A stretch of 64,000 nt of DNA from an uncultured Clostridia bacterium (lineage in GTDB: Bacteria; Bacillota; Clostridia; Christensenellales; CAG-917). Positions 25,719 to 36,500 of this stretch are shown here, piece after piece. Position numbers and translations under genes: made by a program. Each line of letters opens with the position of its first letter. The stretch's first letter is position 1. The stretch lies in the NCBI GenBank assembly GCA_947625225.1, contig CANQNQ010000001.1:225900-289899 (forward strand), read 5' to 3'. A model generated the notes under the pieces. The model was not told the DNA's origin. It saw only the letters and a program-made list of their open reading frames with translations, and made no database searches.

Positions 25719-28277
25719 ATGGCAAACATAAGAGACGACAAAAACAACGAATATGTGCAACATATTGCCAATTCCATCGTCAAGGACGTGGAGATCAACG
25801 GCGAGCTGAAGAGGTCGTTTATATCCTACGCCATGGCGGTCAACGTATCCCGCGCCATCCCCGACGTGCGCGACGGACTCAAGCCCGTACACAGGCGTAT
25901 ACTTTACGCTATGAGCGAGCTAGGCCTGACTCCCGACAAGCCCTACCGCAAGTGCGCCATGGTCGTCGGCGAGGTGCTTGGCAAGTACCATCCTCACGGC
26001 GACAGCTCGGTGTACGACGCGATGGTGCGCCTTGCGCAGGACTTCTCCATCCGCTGCCCCCTCATCGACGGACACGGCAACTTCGGCTCGGTGGACGGCG
26101 ACCCGGCGGCGGCTTACCGCTACACGGAGGCGAGGCTGAGCAAGATAGCGCTTGAGGTGATACGCGACATAGACAAGCGCACGGTGGACTTCTATCCCAA
26201 CTTCGACGACACGCGCGAGCAGCCCGTGGTGTTGCCTTCGCGCTTCCCCAACCTGCTTGTAAACGGCTCGGACGGCATTGCGGTGGGCATGGCGACCTCT
26301 ATCCCTCCCCACAATCTCGGCGAGGTCATAGACGCGACCGTGGCGCTTATACAGCATCCCGACATCACCGTGGACGAGTTGATGGAGTTTATCCCCGCGC
26401 CGGACTTCCCGACGGGCGCGCTTATTTTGGGCAGAAACACCATAAAGCAGGCGTACCGCACGGGCAGAGGCATGGCTATACTGCGCGCAAAGGCGGAGAT
26501 AGAGGAGATGGCAAACGGCAAGAGCCGCATTGTGGTCACCGAGATACCCTATCAGGTCAACAAAGCCAAACTTATCGAGAACATAGCCGACCAGGTCAAG
26601 GACAAGCGTCTTGAGGGCATTGCGGACCTCCGCGAGGAGACCGACCGCCACGGCATGCGCATCGTCATCGAGCTCAAAAAGGACGTTAACGCGCAGGTTT
26701 TGCTCAATCAACTGTACAAACAGACGGCAATGCAGACCAACTTCAGCATGATCATGCTGGCGCTGGTGGACGGCGTGCCGCGCGTGCTGAACCTCAAAGA
26801 GATACTTGAATGCTACGTCGCGCATCAGATGGACGTCATAGTGCGCCGCACGCGTTTTGACCTTGAAAAGGCGCTGGAAAGACAACACATTTTGCTTGGC
26901 TTGCACATAGCGCTTGAAAACATCGACGCTATTGTGGAGCTGCTCAAAAAGTCCCGCGACCGCCAGGACGCTATGGCGAAGTTGATGGAGGCATATCTGC
27001 TGTCCGACAAGCAGGCGGGCGCAATCCTCGACATGAGATTGCAGCGCTTGACCAGCCTCGAAGTGGAAAAGATAGAGGCGGAACTCGAAAGCCTTACAAA
27101 GCAGATAGAGTACTACAACCTCGTGCTGTCCAGCGACGACGAAGTCAAGGCGATAATAGTGCGCGAGATAAGCGAGATAAAGGCGCAATACGCCACCCCC
27201 AGACTGTCCGAGATCACCTATGACTACGGCGATATAGACATCGAGGACCTCATCGAGCGCGAGGACGTCATAATATCCATGACTCACGGCGGCTACATCA
27301 AGCGCATGCCCGTCAGCGAGTACAAAGCTCAGCGCCGCGGCGGCATGGGCATCACCGGTCACAAGACCAAGGACGAGGACTTTGTGGAGAATATATTCAC
27401 CTCCAACACGCACGAGAGGTTGATGTTCTTCACCAACCTCGGCAAAGTGTTCACGCTCAAGGCGTATGAGATCCCAGAGGCGACCCGCAACGCGCGCGGC
27501 AGAGCGGCGGTCAATCTGTTGCAGCTGGAGCAGGGCGAAAAGATACAGGCGTTCTTGCGCATGCCCGACGACCTCGAGGGCAAGTACCTGCTGCTGGCGA
27601 CAAAGCGCGGCCTGATAAAGAAGACTCCGCTTGTGGAGTTTGAATCCATCAAGCGCAACGGCAAGATAGCCATCAAGTTCAACGAGAACGACGAGCTTAT
27701 CGACGCCATGGTCACCGACGGCGACTCAGAACTTATAGTTGCCAACAGCGCGGGCCTCAGCATCCACTTCCACGAGAGAGACGTGCATCCCGTGGGCAGG
27801 ACGGCAATGGGCGTCAAAGCGATGAATTTGCCCGAGGGCGCAAACCTTGTGGCGCTGACCGTCGTCAAGCCCGGCGACGAGATCCTCACGGTCACCAGCG
27901 GCGGCTACGGCAAGCGCAGCGACGTGGCGGACTATCCGCTGCAGGGCAGAGCCGGCAAAGGCGTCAGAGCGGGCGTATTCAACGACAAGACGGGCAGCCT
28001 TGTGGGGCTGAAAGTCATCCCCGCCGATATGGACGTGATGATGATCACCGACGGCGGCGTCATAATCCGCGTGCAGGCCGACGAGATCAGCAAGATAGGC
28101 AGAGCCACTCAGGGCGTGCGCGTCATGAAGCTTAAGGACGACAAGATGAGCGTCATGGCAATAGCTCTCACTCCGCATGAGGATGAGGAGGAAGAAGGCG
28201 AAGCCGTCGAAGGCGCAGAGGGCGTCGATGGCGAGCAGATCATGGGCGAAAACGCAGGCGAAGGCGGCGAGGAGTAA
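25719..28277 (+). CDS. gyrA: DNA gyrase subunit A
   Basis: [51 protein letters not shown] (QRDR region), active-site [10 protein letters not shown], and an acidic C-terminal tail. Confidence 0.97.
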   Translation: MANIRDDKNNEYVQHIANSIVKDVEINGELKRSFISYAMAVNVSRAIPDVRDGLKPVHRRILYAMSELGLTPDKPYRKCAMVVGEVLGKYHPHGDSSVYDAMVRLAQDFSIRCPLIDGHGNFGSVDGDPAAAYRYTEARLSKIALEVIRDIDKRTVDFYPNFDDTREQPVVLPSRFPNLLVNGSDGIAVGMATSIPPHNLGEVIDATVALIQHPDITVDELMEFIPAPDFPTGALILGRNTIKQAYRTGRGMAILRAKAEIEEMANGKSRIVVTEIPYQVNKAKLIENIADQVKDKRLEGIADLREETDRHGMRIVIELKKDVNAQVLLNQLYKQTAMQTNFSMIMLALVDGVPRVLNLKEILECYVAHQMDVIVRRTRFDLEKALERQHILLGLHIALENIDAIVELLKKSRDRQDAMAKLMEAYLLSDKQAGAILDMRLQRLTSLEVEKIEAELESLTKQIEYYNLVLSSDDEVKAIIVREISEIKAQYATPRLSEITYDYGDIDIEDLIEREDVIISMTHGGYIKRMPVSEYKAQRRGGMGITGHKTKDEDFVENIFTSNTHERLMFFTNLGKVFTLKAYEIPEATRNARGRAAVNLLQLEQGEKIQAFLRMPDDLEGKYLLLATKRGLIKKTPLVEFESIKRNGKIAIKFNENDELIDAMVTDGDSELIVANSAGLSIHFHERDVHPVGRTAMGVKAMNLPEGANLVALTVVKPGDEILTVTSGGYGKRSDVADYPLQGRAGKGVRAGVFNDKTGSLVGLKVIPADMDVMMITDGGVIIRVQADEISKIGRATQGVRVMKLKDDKMSVMAIALTPHEDEEEEGEAVEGAEGVDGEQIMGENAGEGGEE

Positions 28278-28348
28278 AATTCAAAAATACCGCACAAACG
28301 GCATTTGACAATGCCAAAACGAAACGATAAACAGCGTGTTATGCAATT

Positions 28349-28377
28349 ACGGGCGAGGAGATCCTCGTCCGTTTTTG
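28349..28377 (+). terminator. Rho-independent terminator of gyrA
   Basis: ACGGGCGAGGA-GAT-CCTCGTCCGT followed by TTTTTG. Confidence 0.65.
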
Positions 28378-28491
28378 TGTAAATGCAGGGTATAATACGG
28401 CGCGAAGAAAAGGCAAAGTGTAACCTATTGCGACCCAAATCGTATTTTAAGCAGATACAGGGGAGGACTTCCCAAGGAAGAGAGGAGTAAA

Positions 28492-30354
28492 ATGAAAAAG
28501 GCGAAAAACTTGACGATTTTACTTACTGTGGCAATTTTTGTTTTGGCATGCTTCGTCTTTGCGGCGTGCAATCACGACGACGCGGTCTTGCCCGGAGCGG
28601 ACGACGCCGACGTGGTGAGGGCGTTCAACGCGGTGACTCCCAAGGGGGACGTCGTCACGCAGACGGCGACGCTCAAGGGCAACAAGTACGCGGTAACGGT
28701 CATCACAACGCAATACGTCGCGCAATATGTGCTGGACAAACAGTTCAATGTGGAAAAGGTGACCGACATTGCGGGCAATTCCGGCGACGCGACTGCGGCG
28801 GCGGAGGGCGCGTCCGTGCTAGAAAGGGCGTACGCTGAGGCTCTGAGACTGTCGGGGCTGAGCTCAGACGCGGTGATAGGATTCGACTTCGATCGCGACG
28901 CGTATATGGGCAAGCAGGCGTACAAGGTGGAGATAGAGGAGATAGGCGCAAAATACAAATATGTGTTTGACGCCACGACGTTCGCGCTGCTTGACAGCGA
29001 GATAGAGTTTGAAAACGACGCGCGCACGGGTACATATATCTCGGCAGACGCCGCATACGAATATGCGCTTAAGGCGGCGGGCGTTACGGCCGATGTGGAC
29101 TCGACCGCGGTGATAAGGAGCGAGTTTGAGGAGGGCAGGAAAGTGTTCAAGGTCAGCTTTGACCACGCCTCCTATCGCTACGACGTCAGCGTGGACGCGG
29201 TGAGCGGCGCAATCGTGAAGTTTTCAAAGAGCGCGTCGCATCTCAACGCGCCCGCGGTGGAGCAGAATATCACAGAGGAGCAGGCAAGGGCGATCGCTAC
29301 AGCGTTTGTCTATCCCGACGGAGCGCCGCAGCAAGCGCCCGTATTCCGCAAGGTAAAATTGGACTATGAGGGCGGAAAATTCGTATATGAGGTGGAACTT
29401 ATCGCCAAGGACGCGGAGTATGAATTCGAGATCGACGCGCAAAGCGGAGCTATCCTCGACGTAGAGATAGACAGCTTCGACAAGCAAAGCGCGCCGCTGC
29501 CTCAGGACAAGCAATTCATCTCCCGCGAGGAGGCGATCGCCGCAGTCAAAAAGGTCGCGGCGGACGCATTTGTCCTAGAGGTCGATATAGAGAAGGAGGG
29601 CGGCAAGTACTTCTACGAGATAGAGGTCAAGGTGAACGGCGTCAAGCGCGAATATATTGTGGACGCGCTCACGGGCGAAATAACGGGTGACGTCTTCGCG
29701 ACGGAGACGGTGATACTTGAGGAGGACGCCTTGCGCATAGCCATCGAGTACTTCAACGTGAACGCGGCGGACGTGACGCGCAAATCCGTCAAGCTGGAAC
29801 GCGAGGACGGCGTGCTGTGCTTCTCCGTCAAGTTCCACGCGGCAAATATGGAATATGAGGCGGAGATCGACGCCAACACGGGCGCGGTGCTCAAGCACGA
29901 GGCGGAGCGCGACGAGGCGATCCCTCCCGCGGCGAGCGTGGCGCTCACGCAAGCTCAGGCCATCGCGGCGCTTAAGCAGGCGGTGGGCGAAGAGGCCGTC
30001 GTAACCGACGTCGAATTGGAGTATGTAGGCGGAAAATATTGGTATGAGGTCGAGATTTTGCTTGGCGGCAGGGAGTACGACTACCTTGTTGACGCCAACA
30101 CCGGCAATGTGACAAAGCGCGCGGACATGGTCAGCGGCGGCAGCGTGGTCATATCCGAAGAGGAGGCGTTGTCCATTGCGCTCAACGCGTTCGGGGTGAA
30201 CGCGGCGGACGCGCAAGTGCGCAAGATAAAGTTGGAGCGCGAGGACGGAAGGCTGTGTTACGACGTGGAATTCTTTGTGGGCAACCTCAAGTACGAGGCA
30301 GAGATAGACGCCGAGACGGGCATCGTCATCGAGAAGGACGCGTCATACGATTGA
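28492..30354 (+). CDS. Lipoprotein with about 7-8 tandem PepSY-like domains
   Basis: Signal peptide and lipobox (LACFVFAAC|NHDD). Repeated about 65-aa modules, e.g. EEEALSIALNAFGVNAADAQVRKIKLEREDGRLCYDVEFFVGNLKYEAEIDAETGIVIEKD, which is the classic PepSY pattern. Confidence 0.8.
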   Translation: MKKAKNLTILLTVAIFVLACFVFAACNHDDAVLPGADDADVVRAFNAVTPKGDVVTQTATLKGNKYAVTVITTQYVAQYVLDKQFNVEKVTDIAGNSGDATAAAEGASVLERAYAEALRLSGLSSDAVIGFDFDRDAYMGKQAYKVEIEEIGAKYKYVFDATTFALLDSEIEFENDARTGTYISADAAYEYALKAAGVTADVDSTAVIRSEFEEGRKVFKVSFDHASYRYDVSVDAVSGAIVKFSKSASHLNAPAVEQNITEEQARAIATAFVYPDGAPQQAPVFRKVKLDYEGGKFVYEVELIAKDAEYEFEIDAQSGAILDVEIDSFDKQSAPLPQDKQFISREEAIAAVKKVAADAFVLEVDIEKEGGKYFYEIEVKVNGVKREYIVDALTGEITGDVFATETVILEEDALRIAIEYFNVNAADVTRKSVKLEREDGVLCFSVKFHAANMEYEAEIDANTGAVLKHEAERDEAIPPAASVALTQAQAIAALKQAVGEEAVVTDVELEYVGGKYWYEVEILLGGREYDYLVDANTGNVTKRADMVSGGSVVISEEEALSIALNAFGVNAADAQVRKIKLEREDGRLCYDVEFFVGNLKYEAEIDAETGIVIEKDASYD

Positions 30355-30400
30355 TGTTGCGGCGCAAAACAGAGTGTAAAAACACATAAAAAATACGGCG

Positions 30401-30440
30401 TCCCCGCGGCGGAAAACCGCGGGGATATTTTTTGTTTTTT
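30401..30440 (+). terminator. Rho-independent terminator
   Basis: TCCCCGCGG-CGGAAAA-CCGCGGGGA followed by TATTTTTTGTTTTTT. Confidence 0.7.
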
Positions 30441-30493
30441 CCACCTCAGGTGTTGATTTTGATTTAAAATGAGGGGCGTTTTGAAGTTTTCTC

Positions 30494-30522
30494 TTGAAAT
30501 ATATTCGCTTTGGCGTTATTAT
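30494..30522 (+). promoter_or_regulatory. Candidate sigma-A promoter of the glucosidase gene
   Basis: TTGAAA (30494-30499), a 17-nt spacer, then TATTAT (30517-30522). Confidence 0.5.
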
Positions 30523-30560
30523 ATTTATATCAAGCCCATTGGGGCGTTATGGAGAATTGT

Positions 30561-32243
30561 ATGGAAGACAGAAAATGGTTTAAGGAGCTGACGGTCTATC
30601 AGATCTGGCCGCGTTCCTTCAAAGACGGCAACAACGACGGTATAGGCGACCTCACGGGCGTGCTGAGCAAGCTGGACTATATCAAGAGCCTCGGCGCGGA
30701 CGCGATATGGTTTTCGCCGCTGTACCCCTCGCCGCAAAACGATTACGGCTACGACATCGCCGACTACTGCAACATCAATCCGGAGTACGGCACGCTGGAG
30801 CAATTCAAGCAGGTGCTCGACGGCGCGCATGCCCGCGGCATGAAGGTCATCATGGACCTGGTCATCAATCATACGTCCGATCAGCACGAGTGGTTCAAAA
30901 AGAGCGTGCAGCGCATCGACCCTTACACGGACTTCTACATCTGGCGCAAGGGCAGGGGCAAAAACGGCAAGAAGGACCCCAACAATTGGATGTCCACCTT
31001 CCCCGGTTCGGCGTGGGAGTACGTGCCCGAGCGCGGCGAGTACTACCTGCACATCTATGCCAAGGAGCAGCCCGACCTCAACCACGACAATCCACTCGTT
31101 CGCGAGGAGATCAAAAAGGTTATGCGCTTCTGGCTTGACATGGGCGTGGACGGTTTCAGAGAGGACGTCATCACGGAGATCAGCAAGGCGGAGGGCTTGC
31201 CCAACGGTTTTCCGCTGATGCCCGCCTCCCGCGGCATAGAGAAGTACAATCATGGTCCGCACATCCACGAGTACCTCAGCGAGTACCGCGAGGTGCTGAA
31301 GGACTACGACGCGTTCCAGGTGGGCGAGGCGCCGCTTATCACGCCAAAAAAGGTACTTGAGTACGTAAATTCCGATCACAAGGAGCTTGACATGATGATC
31401 GGTTTCCAGCACATGGAGGCGGACTGCCTGTTTATCGGCTGGATGAAGATGCCCTTTAGCCTCGTCAAGCTCAAGAAGGTGTACAACAATTGGCAGACCA
31501 AGCTGTACGGCAAGGCGTGGAGCGCCAACTATATCGAGAATCACGACCAGCCGCGCAACATCTCCCGTTACGGCAGCGAGAAGTACCGCGTGGAGAGCGG
31601 CAAGGCGCTCGCGATGATGTACTCGTTCCTTAGCGGCACGCAGTTTGTGTACCAGGGGCAGGAGATCGGCATGACGTGCCCCTACTTCGACGACTATCCC
31701 AAGGGCGCCGACCCGTGGGCGCAGTTCAAGGACGTGTCCACCATCTGCACCAAGGACCTGATGAAAAAGTTCGGCTTCTCCACCAAGAAGCTGCTCAAGC
31801 TGGCGCACACCGCGGCGAGGGACACCGCCCGCACCCCCGTGCAGTGGAGCGCGGACAAAAACGCGGGCTTCAGCGATGCGGAGCCGTGGTACACTGTCAA
31901 CCCCAACTACACCGAGGTCAACGTTGCGGCGGCGGAGGCGGATCCCAACTCGCTGCTCAACTTCTACCGCAAGGTCATCGCGCTGCGCAGGCAGTACAAG
32001 GACGCGGCGGTGTACGGGCAGTTCAAGCTGCATCTCAAGCGCGACCGCAAGCTGTTTGTGTACGACAAGCTGGGAGACGACGGCACGCAGCTGACGGTGG
32101 TGATCAACCTCAGCGACAAGCCCGTGCCCACCAAGCGCGCCAAGAAGTACATTCCCGCGGGCGCCAAGGAGATACTGTCCGTATATGACCAAGGCCTCGC
32201 CGACGTTTTCAAGCCGTATGAAGGGAAAGTGTATTTGAGTTAA
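30561..32243 (+). CDS. GH13 alpha-glucosidase / oligo-1,6-glucosidase family
   Basis: WFKELTVYQIWPRSFKDGNNDGIGDL, DLVINHTSDQHEWF, GVDGFREDVI and YIENHDQPR are the four conserved GH13 regions. The start is taken at MEDRKW (GGAG 7 nt upstream); 30549 is an alternative. Confidence 0.88.
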   Translation: MEDRKWFKELTVYQIWPRSFKDGNNDGIGDLTGVLSKLDYIKSLGADAIWFSPLYPSPQNDYGYDIADYCNINPEYGTLEQFKQVLDGAHARGMKVIMDLVINHTSDQHEWFKKSVQRIDPYTDFYIWRKGRGKNGKKDPNNWMSTFPGSAWEYVPERGEYYLHIYAKEQPDLNHDNPLVREEIKKVMRFWLDMGVDGFREDVITEISKAEGLPNGFPLMPASRGIEKYNHGPHIHEYLSEYREVLKDYDAFQVGEAPLITPKKVLEYVNSDHKELDMMIGFQHMEADCLFIGWMKMPFSLVKLKKVYNNWQTKLYGKAWSANYIENHDQPRNISRYGSEKYRVESGKALAMMYSFLSGTQFVYQGQEIGMTCPYFDDYPKGADPWAQFKDVSTICTKDLMKKFGFSTKKLLKLAHTAARDTARTPVQWSADKNAGFSDAEPWYTVNPNYTEVNVAAAEADPNSLLNFYRKVIALRRQYKDAAVYGQFKLHLKRDRKLFVYDKLGDDGTQLTVVINLSDKPVPTKRAKKYIPAGAKEILSVYDQGLADVFKPYEGKVYLS

Positions 32244-32283
32244 GTTGCGCAGATTCGCTTGCGCGAAGTCTTAAATGATATAA

Positions 32284-32312
32284 AACAGCCGCCGACTTGG
32301 CGGCTGTTTTCC
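32284..32312 (+). terminator. Rho-independent terminator
   Basis: AACAGCCGCC-GACTT-GGCGGCTGTT followed by TTCCGTTTT. Confidence 0.65.
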
Positions 32313-32333
32313 GTTTTAATGCTCCCCTTACGT

Positions 32334-32374
32334 GGTCCCCAAGCAAATGAGCTTGCGAATTTGTTGGGGTAAAG
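32334..32374 (+). repeat. REP/MITE-like hairpin module (CCCCAAGCAAAT-loop-ATTTGTTGGGG-TAAA), copy 1
   Basis: GGTCCCCAAGCAAATGAGCTTGCGAATTTGTTGGGGTAAAG, essentially identical to 32770-32810. An inverted degenerate copy lies at 6377-6405. Confidence 0.75.
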
Positions 32375-32407
32375 CTGGGGAGCTGGCACGGAGTGCCTGA
32401 GGGGATT

Positions 32408-32563
32408 GTTTAACGGACAGCTTGGGTCAATCCCTTCAGTCTGCTGCGCACGTTTGCTTGCAGACAGCTCCCCTTGCTAAGGGGAGCCATAAGAGGTTTA
32501 ACGGACAGCTTGGGACAATCCCCTCAGCCGCCGAAGGCGGCAGCTCCCCTTGCTAAAGGGGGC
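32408..32563 (+). repeat. Two tandem about 88-bp units made of GC-rich hairpins
   Basis: GTTTAACGGACAGCTTGGG(T/A)CAATCCC(T/C)TCAG, then a variable hairpin, then CAGCTCCCCTTGCTAA(A)GGGG(A/G)GCC. Units start at 32408 and 32496. Confidence 0.7.
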
Positions 32564-32626
32564 CTTGTATTTCCGCGGGGACCCCGATAAAGGGGAGCCT
32601 TAAAAGGATGAAATTATATTCGTCGC

Positions 32627-32864
32627 AAAAACAAAAGCACGGCGAGTTTTGACGTGTCAACCGATAAGCGCCGCAGGCGCAACACCAAGCACAAAAAATA
32701 GCGAGCCATGAGCATTTTTAAGAAAAACGCATCCCACCTGCCAATTTAATCCTCTTTGGGAATTTTCGGGGTCCCCAAGCAAATGAGCTTGCGAATTTGT
32801 TGGGGTAAAAAATCGGGGTCCCCGCAAAATTACGTAGTGATTGTGTGGGGTAAAATCGCGGTAG
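32627..32864 (+). repeat. Mosaic of dispersed repeat modules shared with 6498-6712, plus a second copy of the hairpin module (32770-32810)
   Basis: See the pairings listed for 6498-6712. Module order differs between the two loci. Confidence 0.7.
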
Positions 32865-33012
32865 AGAGTGAAAAATTTCGGAGTGCCTTTGAGCTTTGCG
32901 AACAGAAAAGCGATCGGCGCGCAGTAATTTTTCACGGGAGGCAAAAAGTGGCAGAAAAAGCATATAATTTATAATAAAATATAAGAAATTGCAGAAAACT
33001 ATGTTAAAATGA

Positions 33013-33042
33013 TTGACAAATGAATGATTAAAAGCGTATATT
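33013..33042 (+). promoter_or_regulatory. Candidate sigma-A promoter upstream of the giant gene (implies a leader of about 460 nt)
   Basis: TTGACA (33013-33018), an 18-nt spacer, then TATATT (33037-33042). Confidence 0.4.
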
Positions 33043-33500
33043 TTTACCGAAAATGCCACACGGTTGCGGTTTTTGCCGTTTTCGGGGTGGTGTTTGAGGG
33101 ATAATTGAAGCACTTTTCTCTCTCTGCCGCAGGGTGTTGTTGAGGACGGTTTTTGGTCATCCTTACGCAACTTCCTATGTGACAGACGCCACGGGTTGGC
33201 GTAGCCACGCGCAAATATGGCGCGTCGGGCGCGCAAAAGCGCCACCTGTGTTGCAAAATCCGCGCCAAGCGCGGGGGAGAGGTAAGGACAAACAGACGCG
33301 ACAACAACGGACTGACGGGAGAGTTTTTTTTGTATCACACCAATGGGACGGGAAGCGAAAGTCGCCTCCGCCCCGACAGCAAACCTAGGCACACAACGAA
33401 AAAGTGCGACCTGTATTGAGTTTTTCGGCGGGATGGGTCCTCATCCCCCGCATGCGAGAGCAGCAAAAATTCTTGTTTTTGGGAGAACTTGAAAGTGAGA

Positions 33501-36500
33501 ATGTCGGACAGAACAAATCGCAATTCACAATCGCCTACGCGCGGCGCGCAAGCGCGCGGCAAGGCGCGTATACGTCGCAACCTGGTGTCGGCGGCAGTGC
33601 TGACGCTGATGGCGGCGCTGATTTTGGCAAATATAATCGGTTACTCAGATCCGCTTGGAGAAAATTTTGTCAACGCGGCGGACTCCGCCTCATTCAACAA
33701 CATCGTAAACACCAACATAGGCATGCATCCGCAGTGGTCGCAGAGTAAGTGTGATTCCGTTGCCGAGGGCGGCGTGGGCGACAGCTATACCGTCATGCAC
33801 ACAGTTTGGCACGTTGACGTTGAGGATAACGACCCTATCATGGAGCAGTCCCCCGCATACACCTATAAGGGCGATGAGGGTGTGTCTGATGAGCTTATAA
33901 AAAAATACAACATGAAAAAGGGCAACGAGGTTGTGTTCAACATCGAGGACATGGACACTGCCGCCAAAGTTTGGGCGGACGCGGTTGCCTTTGCGCAGTC
34001 TCTAGGTCCCAAAACCGATTTGGGCGATTCTACACTTGCAGGAGCAGATCCTGAACACGATTGTAAAGGCGGGGACTGGAAATCTTCTGAAACAAAAAAA
34101 GGGGAAGACTATGAAAACCACGCCGGCTTCCGCGTTGGCACAAATACAGGTACGACGGATGCAAATGGCGTCAACAATGGCACTCGCAACAAATACCAAG
34201 GCAATTTCTTTATCTCCAATGAGGGTGCAGGTCTGGGGCAATACATCACCGTGCGGTTGCAGACAGATTGGATAGCAAAAAGTATAACCACAAATTTGCC
34301 CACAGGTACACAAGCTGTAGCAGGAACCGATTATGTTACAGTGACGGGTAACAGTGCAGCAAACATGACTTCCACAACCTTCAACTATATAGCTACCGGC
34401 AAACAGGCGGCCAACGACAATTATCTTGGATCAGGCATCACCAATTATAACCGCACGCAAAAAACGAGCGACTATACGCTTTCCTATGATATTGCCAGCA
34501 ACAGTTTTGACTATGACGGCGGAGACAGGCCTGTTTTCAATGACAACTGTGCGTTCTCTTACGGCAGAATAAACGTCCCCACAGGCGTGTACATCGTGCT
34601 GGACCTCAATGGACACACCATCGACCGCGCGCTGACGGGGACGAACGGAGATTACTTTGGTTCCGTGTTCCACATCAGCTCCAAATCCCGTCTTGAGGTG
34701 TGCGACACTTCCGCATATGAAAATGCGTCCTCTCTGCGCATACAGCGTTATAAAAAAGCTGGTAGCGGTCTTACGATTGCGGGACATGAGGGATTTTGGG
34801 AGCTAATTCCCGCAGACGATATGACTACAGTTCCCGATTTGATCGTCACCAATCACCAAGGAATGATCACGGGCGGCAAAATCAATACTTCGCAGGGAGC
34901 GAATGCACTCCCTACTGCACTCAAACCCGATATGCAATATCGCGGCGCGGGGTTCAACCTCTCCATGTGGGCGGATCTAGTCATTCACAGCGGTACAATT
35001 TATGGAAATGAGAATCTCAGCGAAAGCGGTGGCGCGTTCTATCAGCGTTCCAAGGCGGCGGTCACCGTGTTCGATGGATATGTGCTTCACAACGCAGCTC
35101 ATAAAGGCGGTGGCGTGTCGGTGCTGGGTGGCGGTTCGGGTTGCCCTTTCACCATGTACGGCGGCGTGCTCGGATATAACAAAGCGCTATCATACAATGG
35201 TACTGCAAGCAATGGCGGTGCCATCGGGCTGGGTATTTGCAGTTACGCCAATTTCCATGGCGGCGAGATAATCTACAATCATGCAGATGGCACGGGCGGT
35301 GCATTGAACGTCAGCGGCAATACGCTGGGTATTCTGGACAGCGTAACTATAATGGGCAATACGGCAAACGGCGGTGGTGGCGGCGTTTACGTCAGCAAAG
35401 AGGTCGCTGCTGTCGATGAAACGATGCGCGTTCCTAACGGGCAAGGTCGCGCGTTCAAATTCCGTGGTTCTTTGCAAATTTATGGCAATAAATATCAAGG
35501 CGTAGAGCAAAACGTATATCTTGCATACGGTACAACAAGCGGTTTTTATCCTAGCGGTACAGGCAAAGGTTCCTCGCTCAGTGGTTATACAGGTCAGCCC
35601 ACCATAGCCATAGGCGGTCCGCTGTTCAAAAACGGTATTGTCGCGCATATCGGCGTTACACTTGGTTCAGTAAGCACTGTAACTACAACGGGCTCCCAAA
35701 GACAAGACTGTACAATATTTACTTCGGATTATGACGAATACAATTCGGGAGTAAATGCGTTCAACTATTTTTTCTCGGATAAAGCTACGTATAACGGCAT
35801 GACAAGCGCGCGCGTTGTCAACAGCGAAGCAAATGCAAGCACAGCGGGTAACGAAGGCAAAATAGGCAACAACACAGATGCCGAGCAAACGCTTACCTGG
35901 ATAATAAAAGGCACGGGCATAACTAAGACAAAGGACGACCAAGACATCACGATAACCGCAGACACCGTCGGCGGTGGCAATTATGGTGGCGAAAGCGGCA
36001 TTGTGTACACATATTCGGGTTTGACTTGCGAATTCGGCATGCTTAAAGTCACTTCCGTTGAAGCGCGTATAGGCGGCGCAAGCGGCACTTTGGTGGGGCA
36101 GTGGAAGATAGACAACACTTCGCTGACAAACTCATTCAAAGCCAATTTCAAATTTAAGCTGGGCACGGAAGATATAGAAAATACGGGCAAGGCGGGCGAC
36201 CCCGACGGAAGCGAGAATATTTTGCGCGTTGGGGACAAAATGTTTGACGTCATCACCGCAACGGACAAGAGCATTTCGTATGCGGGCGAATATTCCTTCC
36301 TTGTGCTGGGCGACGCCAGATATGTCAACCCCAACTTCAAAATAAGGATAAATCAGACGGGCGTTGAAGTGGATCGTCAGCTGTACTACAACGGCAAAAA
36401 CGTCACGGAGCTTGACTGGACTCAGAATATAGACTGGGACGGCGACGGCATCAAGGATGATTACGCACGCCATATATACGAGACAAATCAGCCGTACTTC

